Of a stretch of DNA of 64,000 nt, positions 30,498 through 39,089 are shown piece after piece; the stretch's first letter is position 1; each line of letters begins with the position of its first letter. The DNA comes from Gammaproteobacteria bacterium (lineage in GTDB: Bacteria; Pseudomonadota; Gammaproteobacteria; HK1). The DNA lies in contig OZ242023.1 of the NCBI GenBank assembly GCA_965204915.1, positions 1,138,840 to 1,202,839 on the forward strand, read 5' to 3'. A program made the position numbers and the translations under genes. Below the pieces are notes generated by a model that had not been told where the DNA came from, ran no database searches, and saw only the letters and a list, made by a program, of their open reading frames with translations.

Positions 30498-31277
30498 TCA
30501 TCGCACGTCCGGCATCCGGAACGCCAGATGCCCCTCCAGAAAATCCCGCGTCCGCTGCTCGCGGGGGCGCAACAGCACGTCGTCGGGAGGCCCTTCCTCC
30601 AGAATCCTGCCCTCGTGCAGGAACAGCACCCGGGTTGCGGCATGGTAGGCGAAGCCGAGCTCGTGGGTCACCACCAGCATGGTCATGCCCTGCTGGGCGA
30701 GGGATTTCATCGTTTTCAGGACCTCTCCGACCAGCTCGGGGTCCAGGGCGGAAGTGACCTCGTCGAACAGCATGATGTCCGGACTCATCGCCAGGGCGCG
30801 GGCGATGGCGACGCGCTGCTTCTGTCCGCCGGACAGCCGCGCGGGATACTCGTCGGCCTTGTCCAGCAACCCGACACGCGAAAGCTGTTCGCGGGCGATG
30901 CCGGCCGCCTCGCTCTTTTTTCGGCCCAGCACCGTTGCCGGCCCCTCCATGACGTTGCGCAAGGCGGTCATGTGGGGGAACAGGTTGAAGTGCTGGAACA
31001 CCATGCCGACGCGCGCCCGCAGGCGGCACAGCTCGCGCTCCGTGCGGACGATTCTTCCGCCGACGTCGCGGCCCACCGCCTCTCCGCGCAGGAAGACCTG
31101 CCCCGCGTCCGGAATCTCCAGAAAGTTCACGCAGCGCAGCAGGGTGCTCTTGCCGGAGCCGCTCGCGCCCAGCAGCGCGACGACGTCACCCTCCTCGACG
31201 CGCAGGTCCACGCCCCTCAACACGTCCTGCGCGCCGAACGACTTCCGGATCCCCTCCATCCTCAGAATTTCACCCAA
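30498..31277 (-). CDS. Polar amino acid ABC transporter ATP-binding protein
   Basis: [35 protein letters not shown]; TTG start with purine-rich RBS (alternative ATG 31259). Confidence 0.92.
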   Translation of the reverse strand: MGEILRMEGIRKSFGAQDVLRGVDLRVEEGDVVALLGASGSGKSTLLRCVNFLEIPDAGQVFLRGEAVGRDVGGRIVRTERELCRLRARVGMVFQHFNLFPHMTALRNVMEGPATVLGRKKSEAAGIAREQLSRVGLLDKADEYPARLSGGQKQRVAIARALAMSPDIMLFDEVTSALDPELVGEVLKTMKSLAQQGMTMLVVTHELGFAYHAATRVLFLHEGRILEEGPPDDVLLRPREQRTRDFLEGHLAFRMPDVR

Positions 31278-31288
31278 TGCCTTCTTCC

Positions 31289-31954
31289 TCAGTCGCTCCG
31301 GCCGAGCTCGCGCTCCAGGCGGTAGGTGAGCCGCACCATCGGATACAGAAGCGCGAAGAACAGCAGTGCGACGACGGTATACACCTCGATCGGGTTGAAA
31401 TTCTCCAGCGCGATGGTTTTCCCCTGATGCAGCGTTTCCGCGTAGGCGACCACCGACGCGAGGGTGGACATCTTGAACACTTCCACGCCCCGGTTGGTGA
31501 GCGGAGGCAGCATCCGCTTGATCGCCTGCGGCAGGATGACCCGGCGCATCATCTGAGTGCCGCGCATTCCCAGCGCACGGGCGCCGTCCCATTGCCCGGG
31601 GTCCAGGGACTGGATGCCGCCGCGAAAAATCTCGGCCGAGAACGCGGCGGTATTGAGCGAAATGCCCAGGACCGCGGCGGCGAAGGCGCCGACGTCCACC
31701 GGCAGCAGGATCGGCAGCGCGAAGAAGAACCACATGATCTGCACCAGCACCGGGGTGTTGCGGAAGAACTCCACGAAAGCGGCGGACGGCCAGTTGATCC
31801 GGCGGTCGCGCGAGCAGCGGCACACGCCGACGACCAGCCCGCCGGCCATCCCCAGCACCATGGTGACGAGGAAGATCTTGAGGGTGCCTTGCAGTCCGGC
31901 CAGCAGGACCATCCAGTTTTCGGCGACCGTCGCGAAGTCCCAGCGGTAGCTCAC
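31289..31954 (-). CDS. Polar amino acid ABC transporter permease
   Basis: [30 protein letters not shown]; GTG start overlaps upstream stop. Confidence 0.9.
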   Translation of the reverse strand: MSYRWDFATVAENWMVLLAGLQGTLKIFLVTMVLGMAGGLVVGVCRCSRDRRINWPSAAFVEFFRNTPVLVQIMWFFFALPILLPVDVGAFAAAVLGISLNTAAFSAEIFRGGIQSLDPGQWDGARALGMRGTQMMRRVILPQAIKRMLPPLTNRGVEVFKMSTLASVVAYAETLHQGKTIALENFNPIEVYTVVALLFFALLYPMVRLTYRLERELGRSD

Positions 31955-32640
31955 AACGCCTCCTGCTGCGCGGTGGATTCCCCGGAACGGGCGAGGATCC
32001 TTTCCAGGCGCCGGACGGCGACGCTGGCGGGCCAGATCGCGAAGAAGTACATCATCGCGGCGACGGTATAGACCTCCAGCGGGCGGTACGTCTGCTGGGC
32101 GAGCTGGTTGGCCTGGAACAGGAGATCGGCGTAGGCCACGGCGGAGACGAGCGTCGTCGTCTTCATCAGCTCGATGGAACGCTCCAGAAACGCCGGGATC
32201 ATCCGCTTGACCGCCTGCGGGACGACAATCCGCCTCATCGTCTGCCAGTGGGTCATTCCGAGCGCCCCCGCTCCCTCCCATTGCCCGCGCTCCACGGAGA
32301 CGATGCCGCCACGAAAGACCTCCGCGAAGAAGGCCGAGGACTGGACGGAAAAGGTCGCGACCGCGGCCACGTACGGCGTCATGCGGACGTCGATGAGGAT
32401 CGGCAGGGCGAAGAAGAACCAGAACAACTGCACCAGCGGGGGCGTGGTGCGGAAGAATTCGATCACCACACCCGCCGGGATCGCGACCGCGCGGAGCCGC
32501 GACAGCCGCCCCAGCGACAGCACGAATCCCAGCGGAATGCCGAAGCCGAGCGCAAGCAGGGTCACGCGCAGCGTGTTCGCCATGCCCTGTGCGAGGACCC
32601 CGAAATCCGCGAAGACGGGGGAGAAATCCCACTCGTACAC
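31951..32640 (-). CDS. Polar amino acid ABC transporter permease
   Basis: [32 protein letters not shown]. Confidence 0.92.
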   Translation of the reverse strand: MYEWDFSPVFADFGVLAQGMANTLRVTLLALGFGIPLGFVLSLGRLSRLRAVAIPAGVVIEFFRTTPPLVQLFWFFFALPILIDVRMTPYVAAVATFSVQSSAFFAEVFRGGIVSVERGQWEGAGALGMTHWQTMRRIVVPQAVKRMIPAFLERSIELMKTTTLVSAVAYADLLFQANQLAQQTYRPLEVYTVAAMMYFFAIWPASVAVRRLERILARSGESTAQQEAL

Positions 32641-32679
32641 GAGCGGAACCCCTCCTGGCCGTCTTGCGGAGCCCGCCGG

Positions 32680-33513
32680 CTACTTGGGTGCGATGGGCGG
32701 CATCTTTGCCGGATCGGTGCCGGCGCCGACGAGGTATGCCTCGTACCAGCCCTGCACGCTGCCGTTCTCATGCCAGAACAGGGTGGCGGTGGACAGGAAG
32801 TCCCGCCAGGTCTTGTCCGCCTCGCGCCGCACGGCGATCGACGACGGGTTGGCGCGCGGCGGGCTGGGGCGCACCACCTTGCCGCTGCCCAGCTTCTGCT
32901 GGAAACGCATCAGCGGCGGCAGGAACAGCACCGCGCCGTCCACGCGCCCGGACTGGAAGGCGGCGATGGTTTCGGCGTTGCCGGGCAGCCGCAGCAGGGT
33001 CGCATTCGGCGTGTTCCTGGTCAGGAACGCTTCCATGGAGGTCCCCTGCGGTACCGAAAGCCGCACCTCCGGGCGGTTCAGATCTTCCCATCTGTCCGCC
33101 TGCACGTCGTCGCCGACCATGACCCCCAGAGGGTTGAACAGTAGCGGGTAGGTCATGAAGTCCACCGCGACGGCGCGCTTGGGGGTCGGGTCCAGCAGCG
33201 GCATCATGTCGATCTTGCCGCTCTGCAACGCGGCGATGGCGTTGCCCCAGGTGACCTCCACCAGCTCCAGCTCGGTGCCAAGCGCCTCGGCCGCGGCCTT
33301 GCCGACCTGGTAGCCGACGCCGCTCCATTCCCCGGTTCCGGAATCCTTGTCGAACCACGGCGTCGCCCCGGAGACGACACCGAGGCGGACGCTGCCGCGC
33401 TCCTTGACCGTATCCCAGGTGGACGTTTGCGCGTGCGCCGCCGGAACCGCCGCCAGGCAGCAAACCGCCAGCGCGGCGAGCGTGTGCTTCGTTTTCCGCA
33501 TGAAAGTACCCAT
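32680..33513 (-). CDS. Polar amino acid ABC substrate-binding protein (family 3)
   Basis: Signal peptide, VEVTWGNAIAALQSGKID, AAGGAG RBS. Confidence 0.88.
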   Translation of the reverse strand: MGTFMRKTKHTLAALAVCCLAAVPAAHAQTSTWDTVKERGSVRLGVVSGATPWFDKDSGTGEWSGVGYQVGKAAAEALGTELELVEVTWGNAIAALQSGKIDMMPLLDPTPKRAVAVDFMTYPLLFNPLGVMVGDDVQADRWEDLNRPEVRLSVPQGTSMEAFLTRNTPNATLLRLPGNAETIAAFQSGRVDGAVLFLPPLMRFQQKLGSGKVVRPSPPRANPSSIAVRREADKTWRDFLSTATLFWHENGSVQGWYEAYLVGAGTDPAKMPPIAPK

Positions 33514-33683
33514 GGTGCCCTCCTTCGATGTTGCGTGGTGTCGTGCCTGCACGAACGTGCGATCGTCCCCGGTGCGGATACGGCAAGCTGCCGTGCGAAC
33601 GGGGGGCGGCCGGAGGTCGGGACGGCCTCTTGTCCGCCGTCTCGTTCGGCGGCACGAATATAGCGTACTCGTGGGCAGCAACG

Positions 33684-33911
33684 ATGGCGGCCGACGAAGA
33701 CGTCGTGCCGGTCGGCAGGAAAGTCGTCTACGACGGCTACTTCCGCCTCGATCGTTACCGCTTGCGCCACCGGCAGTTCGCCGGCGGCATGGGACCGATG
33801 CTCACGCGCGAGATCCTCGAACGCGGCAGGGTGGCCGCGACGCTTCCCGTGGACCCCGCCCGGGACCGCCGTCGTGCTCATCAAGCAGTTCCGCCGCCCG
33901 GTGGCGGATGA
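33684..33911 (+). pseudogene. 5' fragment of a NudF-like ADP-ribose pyrophosphatase, frameshifted and truncated
   Basis: VYDGYFRL..YRLRHRQFAGGMGPMLTREILERG..A.LP.DP, then VLIKQFR in another frame; no Nudix box. Confidence 0.75.
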
Positions 33912-34002
33912 CGAATGCAGGACCTCGGATCACCGTCGGCTCCTCGGGTTCTCCCGGCGATGGCCGCCTGACTCAAGCCAATCACCCTCCGGGATTCCCG
34001 GG

Positions 34003-34517
34003 GCGGTTCAGTCCAGGACTTGCAGCGCGCGGTGCGTGATCTGTCCGCGTTCTTCAGCCGCTTCGACCTCTGGCTGACCCCGACCCTGGGACAGCCGCCG
34101 GTGGAGCTCGGCACCCTCGTCTACCGGGGCGGAGACCCCTTCGAGCTGCGCAGGCGCTCCGCGCGGTTCTCGCCCTATACCTGGATCGGCAACGCCAGCG
34201 GCCAGCCCGCGGTCTCCCTGCCGCTGCACTGGACGGCGTCGGGACTTCCGGTGGGGGTGCATTTCACGGCCCGCTGGGGCGAGGAGGCGACTGCGAGCGG
34301 ACCGTGGGTGGCCGAGACCCTCGGTCACGGCCCGCTGGGGCGAGGAGGCGACCCTCATCCGTCTGGCGGGGCAGCTCGAACGCGCCCGCCCGTGGGCGGA
34401 GCGGCGTCCCGGCGTCTGCGCGGCCTGAACCGCGCACCTGCCGCTTCGCCGGACGGACTTCGGGTCTCCCGGTGGGCGTGCGTTTCATGGTGGATTGCTA
34501 CAGTACGGCTCTCCATC
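34003..34517 (+). pseudogene. Diverged duplicate of the amidase 3' end plus downstream DNA (direct repeat of 29900-30346)
   Basis: Near-identical to 29900-30346 with scattered substitutions and an internal ~27-bp duplication around a ~30-bp insert that breaks the frame. Confidence 0.88.
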
Positions 34518-34814
34518 TACACGCAGAATCGGGCAGGATGAACCCGCCGGAGGACTCGATGGCGAGTCCCGTGCCGTCGCGCTCGGCCCACTGGCCCAAC
34601 TGGACGGCGATCCGCAGGTTGAGATGGCTGGTCCGAAATGACGCCGGCGCCGTGATCAGCAACTCTCCCTGTGTGGTCCGCTCGATCTCCAATTCGTCGT
34701 TGAGCCGCAGAATTCATGGAATCGATCGTCCGACAACGCGACCAGAGGACGGACGCGCAAGGGAAAGCACGCCAGGGGGTCCGGGGATTCGCGGCGCTTG
34801 ATCGCGGTGTTCAT
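34498..34814 (-). pseudogene. Uma2 (DUF820) endonuclease pseudogene, frameshifted and 3'-truncated
   Basis: LSDDRFHEFC / LNDELEIERTTQGELLITAP / SSGGFILPD; frameshift near 34705; ends at the repeat boundary. Confidence 0.75.
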
Positions 34815-34882
34815 GCCGTTACCACCCTCGCGTGGCGGAGTCCGTCGGCGGCGGGGTCGATGCAATCCGGCCACCGGGCCGG

Positions 34883-36265
34883 TCACTCCCCGTGCGCGTG
34901 ACGGAGCCGCTCGAGCAGCTCGCCGCCGGTGCGGCATTCCAGGATCCAGTCGCCCGCTTCGAGGAGATCCTCCGCATCCGCGACCTCCGCCAGAAGCTCC
35001 GAAACCTGCCGAGCCGTCTCGGCGCCGAAACGCCGCTCCGCCTGACGGCGCAGCAGCGCGCGCTCCTCCGCACGGCCCTGCGCGATACCCTGCTCCCGGC
35101 CCCGTTCGAGCACCCGCGCCTCCCACTCCATCGCTCGCGCATCCATCAACGTCTGCGCCTCTCCCCCTTCGCGTCCCGCATCCAACGTCCGCTCCAATTC
35201 CGCCAGCGCCTGCTCCCGACCCTGCTCCCGGCCCCGTTCGAGCACCCGCGCCTCCCACTCCATCGCCCGCGCATCCATCAACGTCTGCGCCTCTCCTCCT
35301 TCGTGTCCCGCATCCAACGTCCGCTCCAATTCCGCCAGCGCCTGCTCCCGACCCTGCTCCCGGCCCCGTTCGAGCACCCGCGCCTCCCACTCCATCGCCC
35401 GCGCATCCATCAACGTCGGCATCTCGCTCCCTCCTCGTCTCGCTTCCAGCACACGTTCCATCTCCGCCAGCGGCGGCAACCTCTCCCCGCCGTGCGGCGA
35501 CCGCGAATACCTCACCCGCGCATGATACCCCTCGCGCAACCCCTTCTCCTCCTCTCCCGCGTAACGCTCGAACGCCTTCCACAACAGCCCCGGCAACGCC
35601 TCCGCCGCACCCGTCTCCAGCCCAATCAGCGTGGTCAGCCGGTTGTCCGGCGGCAGCCGGTGAAGTTGGAGCCGGGTTCCGGGAAGCCGCCGACTTCCAT
35701 GAAGTCGGAGCCCGCTTCCCGCGGGTCCGCCGCCCCCTTCCGCCAACCCCCGCTCGTCGAGCACCACATGGGTGCGAAACCGGTTGCCCGTCCACCCCGG
35801 CCCCGACGGCCCCTCCACCACCGGCCCCGAACGCGCGTCCGACGCCGTCCACGGACGGTCCCCGTTGTACACCACCACCGCCAGCACCGGCGGCTCCCGT
35901 CCCTCCGCCTTCAGCGTCCCGTTGCCCCGCTGGTGGCGTTGCAGCAGGTAGACGTATTCGTGCATCCGCCACGCCATGTCGGGGTCCACGGCGGACTGGA
36001 ACTCGAACAGGACGAGCAGGTAGGGCCGCTCGCCGTTGGCCAGGGGCGGTTCGCCCAGGGGGCTGCCCTCACTGAACCCCACGCGCCAGAGCATGTCGCC
36101 GATCCGGTTGTACAGCTCGGGGCCGATGTACTCGGCGTTCATCCGGGCCAGGGTGGAGAAGTCCAGCTCGCCGTACCAGTCCGGCGCGACGTATCCGCGC
36201 AGGGTGTCTTCGACCATGCGGGGCTGGGAGAAGAGGATTTTGTAGGCGGGGTCGGAGGAGGCCAT
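34883..36265 (-). CDS. Rpn/YhgA-like (recombination-promoting nuclease family) PD-(D/E)XK protein with triplicated C-terminal module
   Basis: DPAYKILFSQPRMVEDTL, LDFSTL, GDMLWRV, LFEFQSAVDPDMAWRMHEY, VVYNG, and EQG-rich tail. Confidence 0.88.
   Translation of the reverse strand: MASSDPAYKILFSQPRMVEDTLRGYVAPDWYGELDFSTLARMNAEYIGPELYNRIGDMLWRVGFSEGSPLGEPPLANGERPYLLVLFEFQSAVDPDMAWRMHEYVYLLQRHQRGNGTLKAEGREPPVLAVVVYNGDRPWTASDARSGPVVEGPSGPGWTGNRFRTHVVLDERGLAEGGGGPAGSGLRLHGSRRLPGTRLQLHRLPPDNRLTTLIGLETGAAEALPGLLWKAFERYAGEEEKGLREGYHARVRYSRSPHGGERLPPLAEMERVLEARRGGSEMPTLMDARAMEWEARVLERGREQGREQALAELERTLDAGHEGGEAQTLMDARAMEWEARVLERGREQGREQALAELERTLDAGREGGEAQTLMDARAMEWEARVLERGREQGIAQGRAEERALLRRQAERRFGAETARQVSELLAEVADAEDLLEAGDWILECRTGGELLERLRHAHGE
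35050..35422 (-). repeat. 132-bp (44-aa) tandem repeat in the Rpn C-terminus
   Basis: cctgctcccggccccgttcgag recurs with a 132-bp period (near 35089, 35221, 35353); unit MDARAMEWEARVLERGREQG.. Confidence 0.92.
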
Positions 36266-36299
36266 GCAGGGCATGATGAGGGGCGCCGCGCCTTGGCCG

Positions 36300-37411
36300 A
36301 TAGCGACTTCCGCCTCGACACGTGCAAGACTACGGCTCGATTCGTGTGCGGTGTCGGACCGGAGCCGCCGTGCGAGATCGACCCGTTGAACCGTCCCGGC
36401 CTTTCCGAGGGCCGAGCCGCCCGGACCGTCCCGGAGTCCACCCGGACCGTCCCGGAATCCATCAGCGTCCTGGAAGCGCTCCGCATCGGCGCGGCCCGGG
36501 TGCTCGACATGCACCTCGACGACTTGCAGACCCTCGTCATCGGCCACGTCGAGCGCGCCGGGGTCGACGCCCTGCTGTGGGATCCGATGCCCGGCGGCTC
36601 CGGGCTGCTCGACCACCTGTGCGAGCGCTTCGGGGAGGTCGCGCAGGCGGCCCGCGAGGTCGTCGACGACTGCCCCTCGGTGTGCGCCTCATCCTGTATC
36701 GACTGCCTCCGGACCTTCCGCAACGCTTACTACCACCGCTACCTCGACCGCACGGCGGCCGCGAGCGCCTCGACGAACGGGGGCGGCTTCTCGCTCCCGG
36801 TCACGAGATCCCGCCGCGCCAGCCGGCCACCGCAACCGCCGCCCCGCGCACGGAGGCGATGCGAGTCCCGCCGTCTACCTCCCGCCGGACGCATTACCGC
36901 CGCCCCGCGCACGGAGGCGATGCCGGTCAACGACGCGGAGAGGAAGCTCCGCCACCTGCTGCTGGCCGCCGGGTTCGCGGAAGGTATCCGCGGCGAGCAG
37001 ATCCGCCTCGGCCGCGCCTTCGGCGCCGCCACCACGACCTCGGACGTGATCTACCGCACCGAGGACCACGAGCCGGACGAAGGGGTGTGCATCTACCCGG
37101 ACGGCTTGAGCCGGCATCTCCACGGCAATCCGGAGACCGCCGAGCGCGACCGCAGCATCCGTGCCTGGCTGCGAAGCCGCGGCTGCGAGGTGGTGGAGAT
37201 CCCCGCCCACGACCTCGACGACGAGGAAGCGATGGTCCGCCACTTCCGCCGGCTCGCGGGCTACCTGGGGATGCGGGAGCCGCGGAACCGGGTGAGCGAC
37301 GACCGTTCGTGGTTTCACGGCAGGGAGGAGCAGGGGGCGGCACAGAGCCATCGCCTTCCCGATCCGGCCGGACCGGGGCCGCGTGCACGCATCGATTCCA
37401 TTGCGAAATGA
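36300..37411 (+). pseudogene. C-terminal remnant of a DEAD/DEAH helicase: DUF1998 (4-Cys Zn) plus a DUF559/PD-(D/E)XK-like domain
   Basis: LWDPMPGGSGLL, CPSVCASSCIDCLRTFRNAYYHRYLDR, then IYPDGLSRHLHGN..ERDRSIRAWL; no helicase motifs upstream. Confidence 0.72.
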
Positions 37412-37510
37412 CCTTGGCGCGAAATGATCCTGGACGATTCTTCGTCGATACTTGCACCATTCCCCGGACAGGGGGTTGTACGAGAAGGACGGGAGAGCTG
37501 AGGACGAGCC

Positions 37511-38488
37511 ATGTATGCACCGTTCGAGCTGGAGATGCCGGGGGACCTCGCCGGCGCCCTGGATGTCCTCGCGGCCGGCCGGGACGCGAAGACCGTCCCC
37601 ATCGCCGGAGGGACCAACCTGATCGTGGACATGCGCGCGAAGCGCGAGCGCCCGGACCGGGTGGTCGGGCTCGGCGGGGTCGGCGAGCTGCGGGGGATGG
37701 AGTTCGGGGCCGGGCGCATCTCCATCGGCGGCCGTACCACCGTCACCGACCTGCTGCGCTCGCCCGGGATCGCGGAGGCGGCGCCTTCGCTCGTCGAGTC
37801 CGCGCGCCTCTTCGCCGGGCTGATGGTGCGCAACACCGCCACCGTGGCCGGCAACGTCGCCTGCGGCTCCCCGGCCGCCGACCTGGTGCCGCCGCTGCTC
37901 TCCCTCGACGCGGACGTGACCCTGGCCAGCGTCGCCGGGACGCGGACGGTGCCGCTCGACGAGTACTTCCTCGGCTACAAGCGCGACGTGCGCCGGCCGG
38001 ACGAGCTGATCATCCGCATCTCCTGGCCCCGCCTGCCCGTTCCGTCCGTCAACACCTTCTACAAGCTCGCCCGCCGCAAGGGCGACGCGATCACCGTCAC
38101 CGGGGTGGCGTTGACGCTCTCGGCCGCCGGTGGAGTCTGCACGAAGGCGCGCATCGCGCTCGGGGCGGTCGCGCCCGTCGTGCTTCGGGCCAGGGAGGCC
38201 GAGGCCCTGCTCGAAGGCCGGGCGCCGACCCCGGTGCTGATCGACGAGGCCGCGGCGGCGGCTGCCGCCGCATCCAGCCCCATCGACGACGTGCGGGCCT
38301 CGGCCGAGTACCGGCTCCATACCGTGGAGGCGCTGACCCGCCGGCTGGTCTCGCGGGCCTGGAACCGGCTCCACCGGCAGGGAGATCGAGGAACGGCGGC
38401 TTCCGCCAACGTCCCGGCACGCGATGGGGCGGCGCGTCCTGGGAGCGCGGGCGTCCCGCCCGCAACGGGCCGAAGGCCCGCGAATTGA
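37511..38488 (+). CDS. Xanthine dehydrogenase/CO dehydrogenase family FAD-binding subunit
   Basis: PIAGGTNLIV, RNTATVAGNV, SPAADLVPPL, PIDDVRASAEYR. Confidence 0.92.
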   Translation: MYAPFELEMPGDLAGALDVLAAGRDAKTVPIAGGTNLIVDMRAKRERPDRVVGLGGVGELRGMEFGAGRISIGGRTTVTDLLRSPGIAEAAPSLVESARLFAGLMVRNTATVAGNVACGSPAADLVPPLLSLDADVTLASVAGTRTVPLDEYFLGYKRDVRRPDELIIRISWPRLPVPSVNTFYKLARRKGDAITVTGVALTLSAAGGVCTKARIALGAVAPVVLRAREAEALLEGRAPTPVLIDEAAAAAAAASSPIDDVRASAEYRLHTVEALTRRLVSRAWNRLHRQGDRGTAASANVPARDGAARPGSAGVPPATGRRPAN

Positions 38489-38520
38489 TCAAGCGGGCGG
38501 GACGCCCGCGCGCTCCCAGG
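38438..38520. repeat. Second REP family doublet (CCTGGGAGCGCGGGCGTCCCGCCCGC ... GCGGGCGGGACGCCCGCG..CTCCCAGG)
   Basis: Inverted arms at 38438-38463 and 38493-38520; related copies at 20441, 22208-22251, 61599-61643 and 61811-61836. Confidence 0.8.
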
Positions 38521-38600
38521 AGGCTTGGCCCATGACCCTCGTTGGCGGTTGGCGGGAATTGCTGAACGTGACACAGGGATTACCAGGAGGGACGAAAACC

Positions 38601-39089
38601 ATGTCCAACGAGCGAACCATCACGTTGCACGTCAACGGGCGCGACGAACGGGGACGCTTCCCGGCGCATCGCACGCTGCTGGAGGCGCTTCGCGAGATCG
38701 GCCACACGGAGGTGAAGTGCGGCTGCGAGAAGGGCGACTGCGGCGCCTGCGCGGTGCTCGTCGACGGGATGGCGGTGGATAGCTGCCTGACCCTGGCCTG
38801 GATGGCCGAGGGCGCGGAGATCACCACCGTCTCCGGCCTCGGCGATCTGGAGTCCCTGCATCCCGTGCAGCAGGCGTTCGCCGACGGCGGCGCCGCCCAG
38901 TGCGGGTACTGCATTCCGGGCATGATCATCGCGGCCAAGGCGATCATCGACGAGCACCCGGAGCCGACCGAGGACGACGTCCGCCTGGGCCTGAGCGGCA
39001 ACCTGTGCCGCTGTACCGGGTACACGAAGGTGTTCGAGGCGGTCGGCGAGGCAGCCGCCGCCATGCGGGCGGGGAGGAGCGGACGATGA
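38601..39089 (+). CDS. Xanthine dehydrogenase family 2Fe-2S subunit
   Basis: KCGCEKGDCGACAV, QCGYC, GNLCRCTGY; GGAGG RBS. Confidence 0.95.
   Translation: MSNERTITLHVNGRDERGRFPAHRTLLEALREIGHTEVKCGCEKGDCGACAVLVDGMAVDSCLTLAWMAEGAEITTVSGLGDLESLHPVQQAFADGGAAQCGYCIPGMIIAAKAIIDEHPEPTEDDVRLGLSGNLCRCTGYTKVFEAVGEAAAAMRAGRSGR

Noticed and set aside
29900-34517. Amidase duplication as a pure assembly artefact
   Set aside because: Copies differ by many substitutions and an indel, so a real duplication is more likely, though long reads are needed
34832-36300. N-terminal ~490 aa of the 859-aa plus-strand ORF as a real protein
   Set aside because: It is the antisense shadow of the Rpn gene; only the part after ~36300 has recognisable motifs
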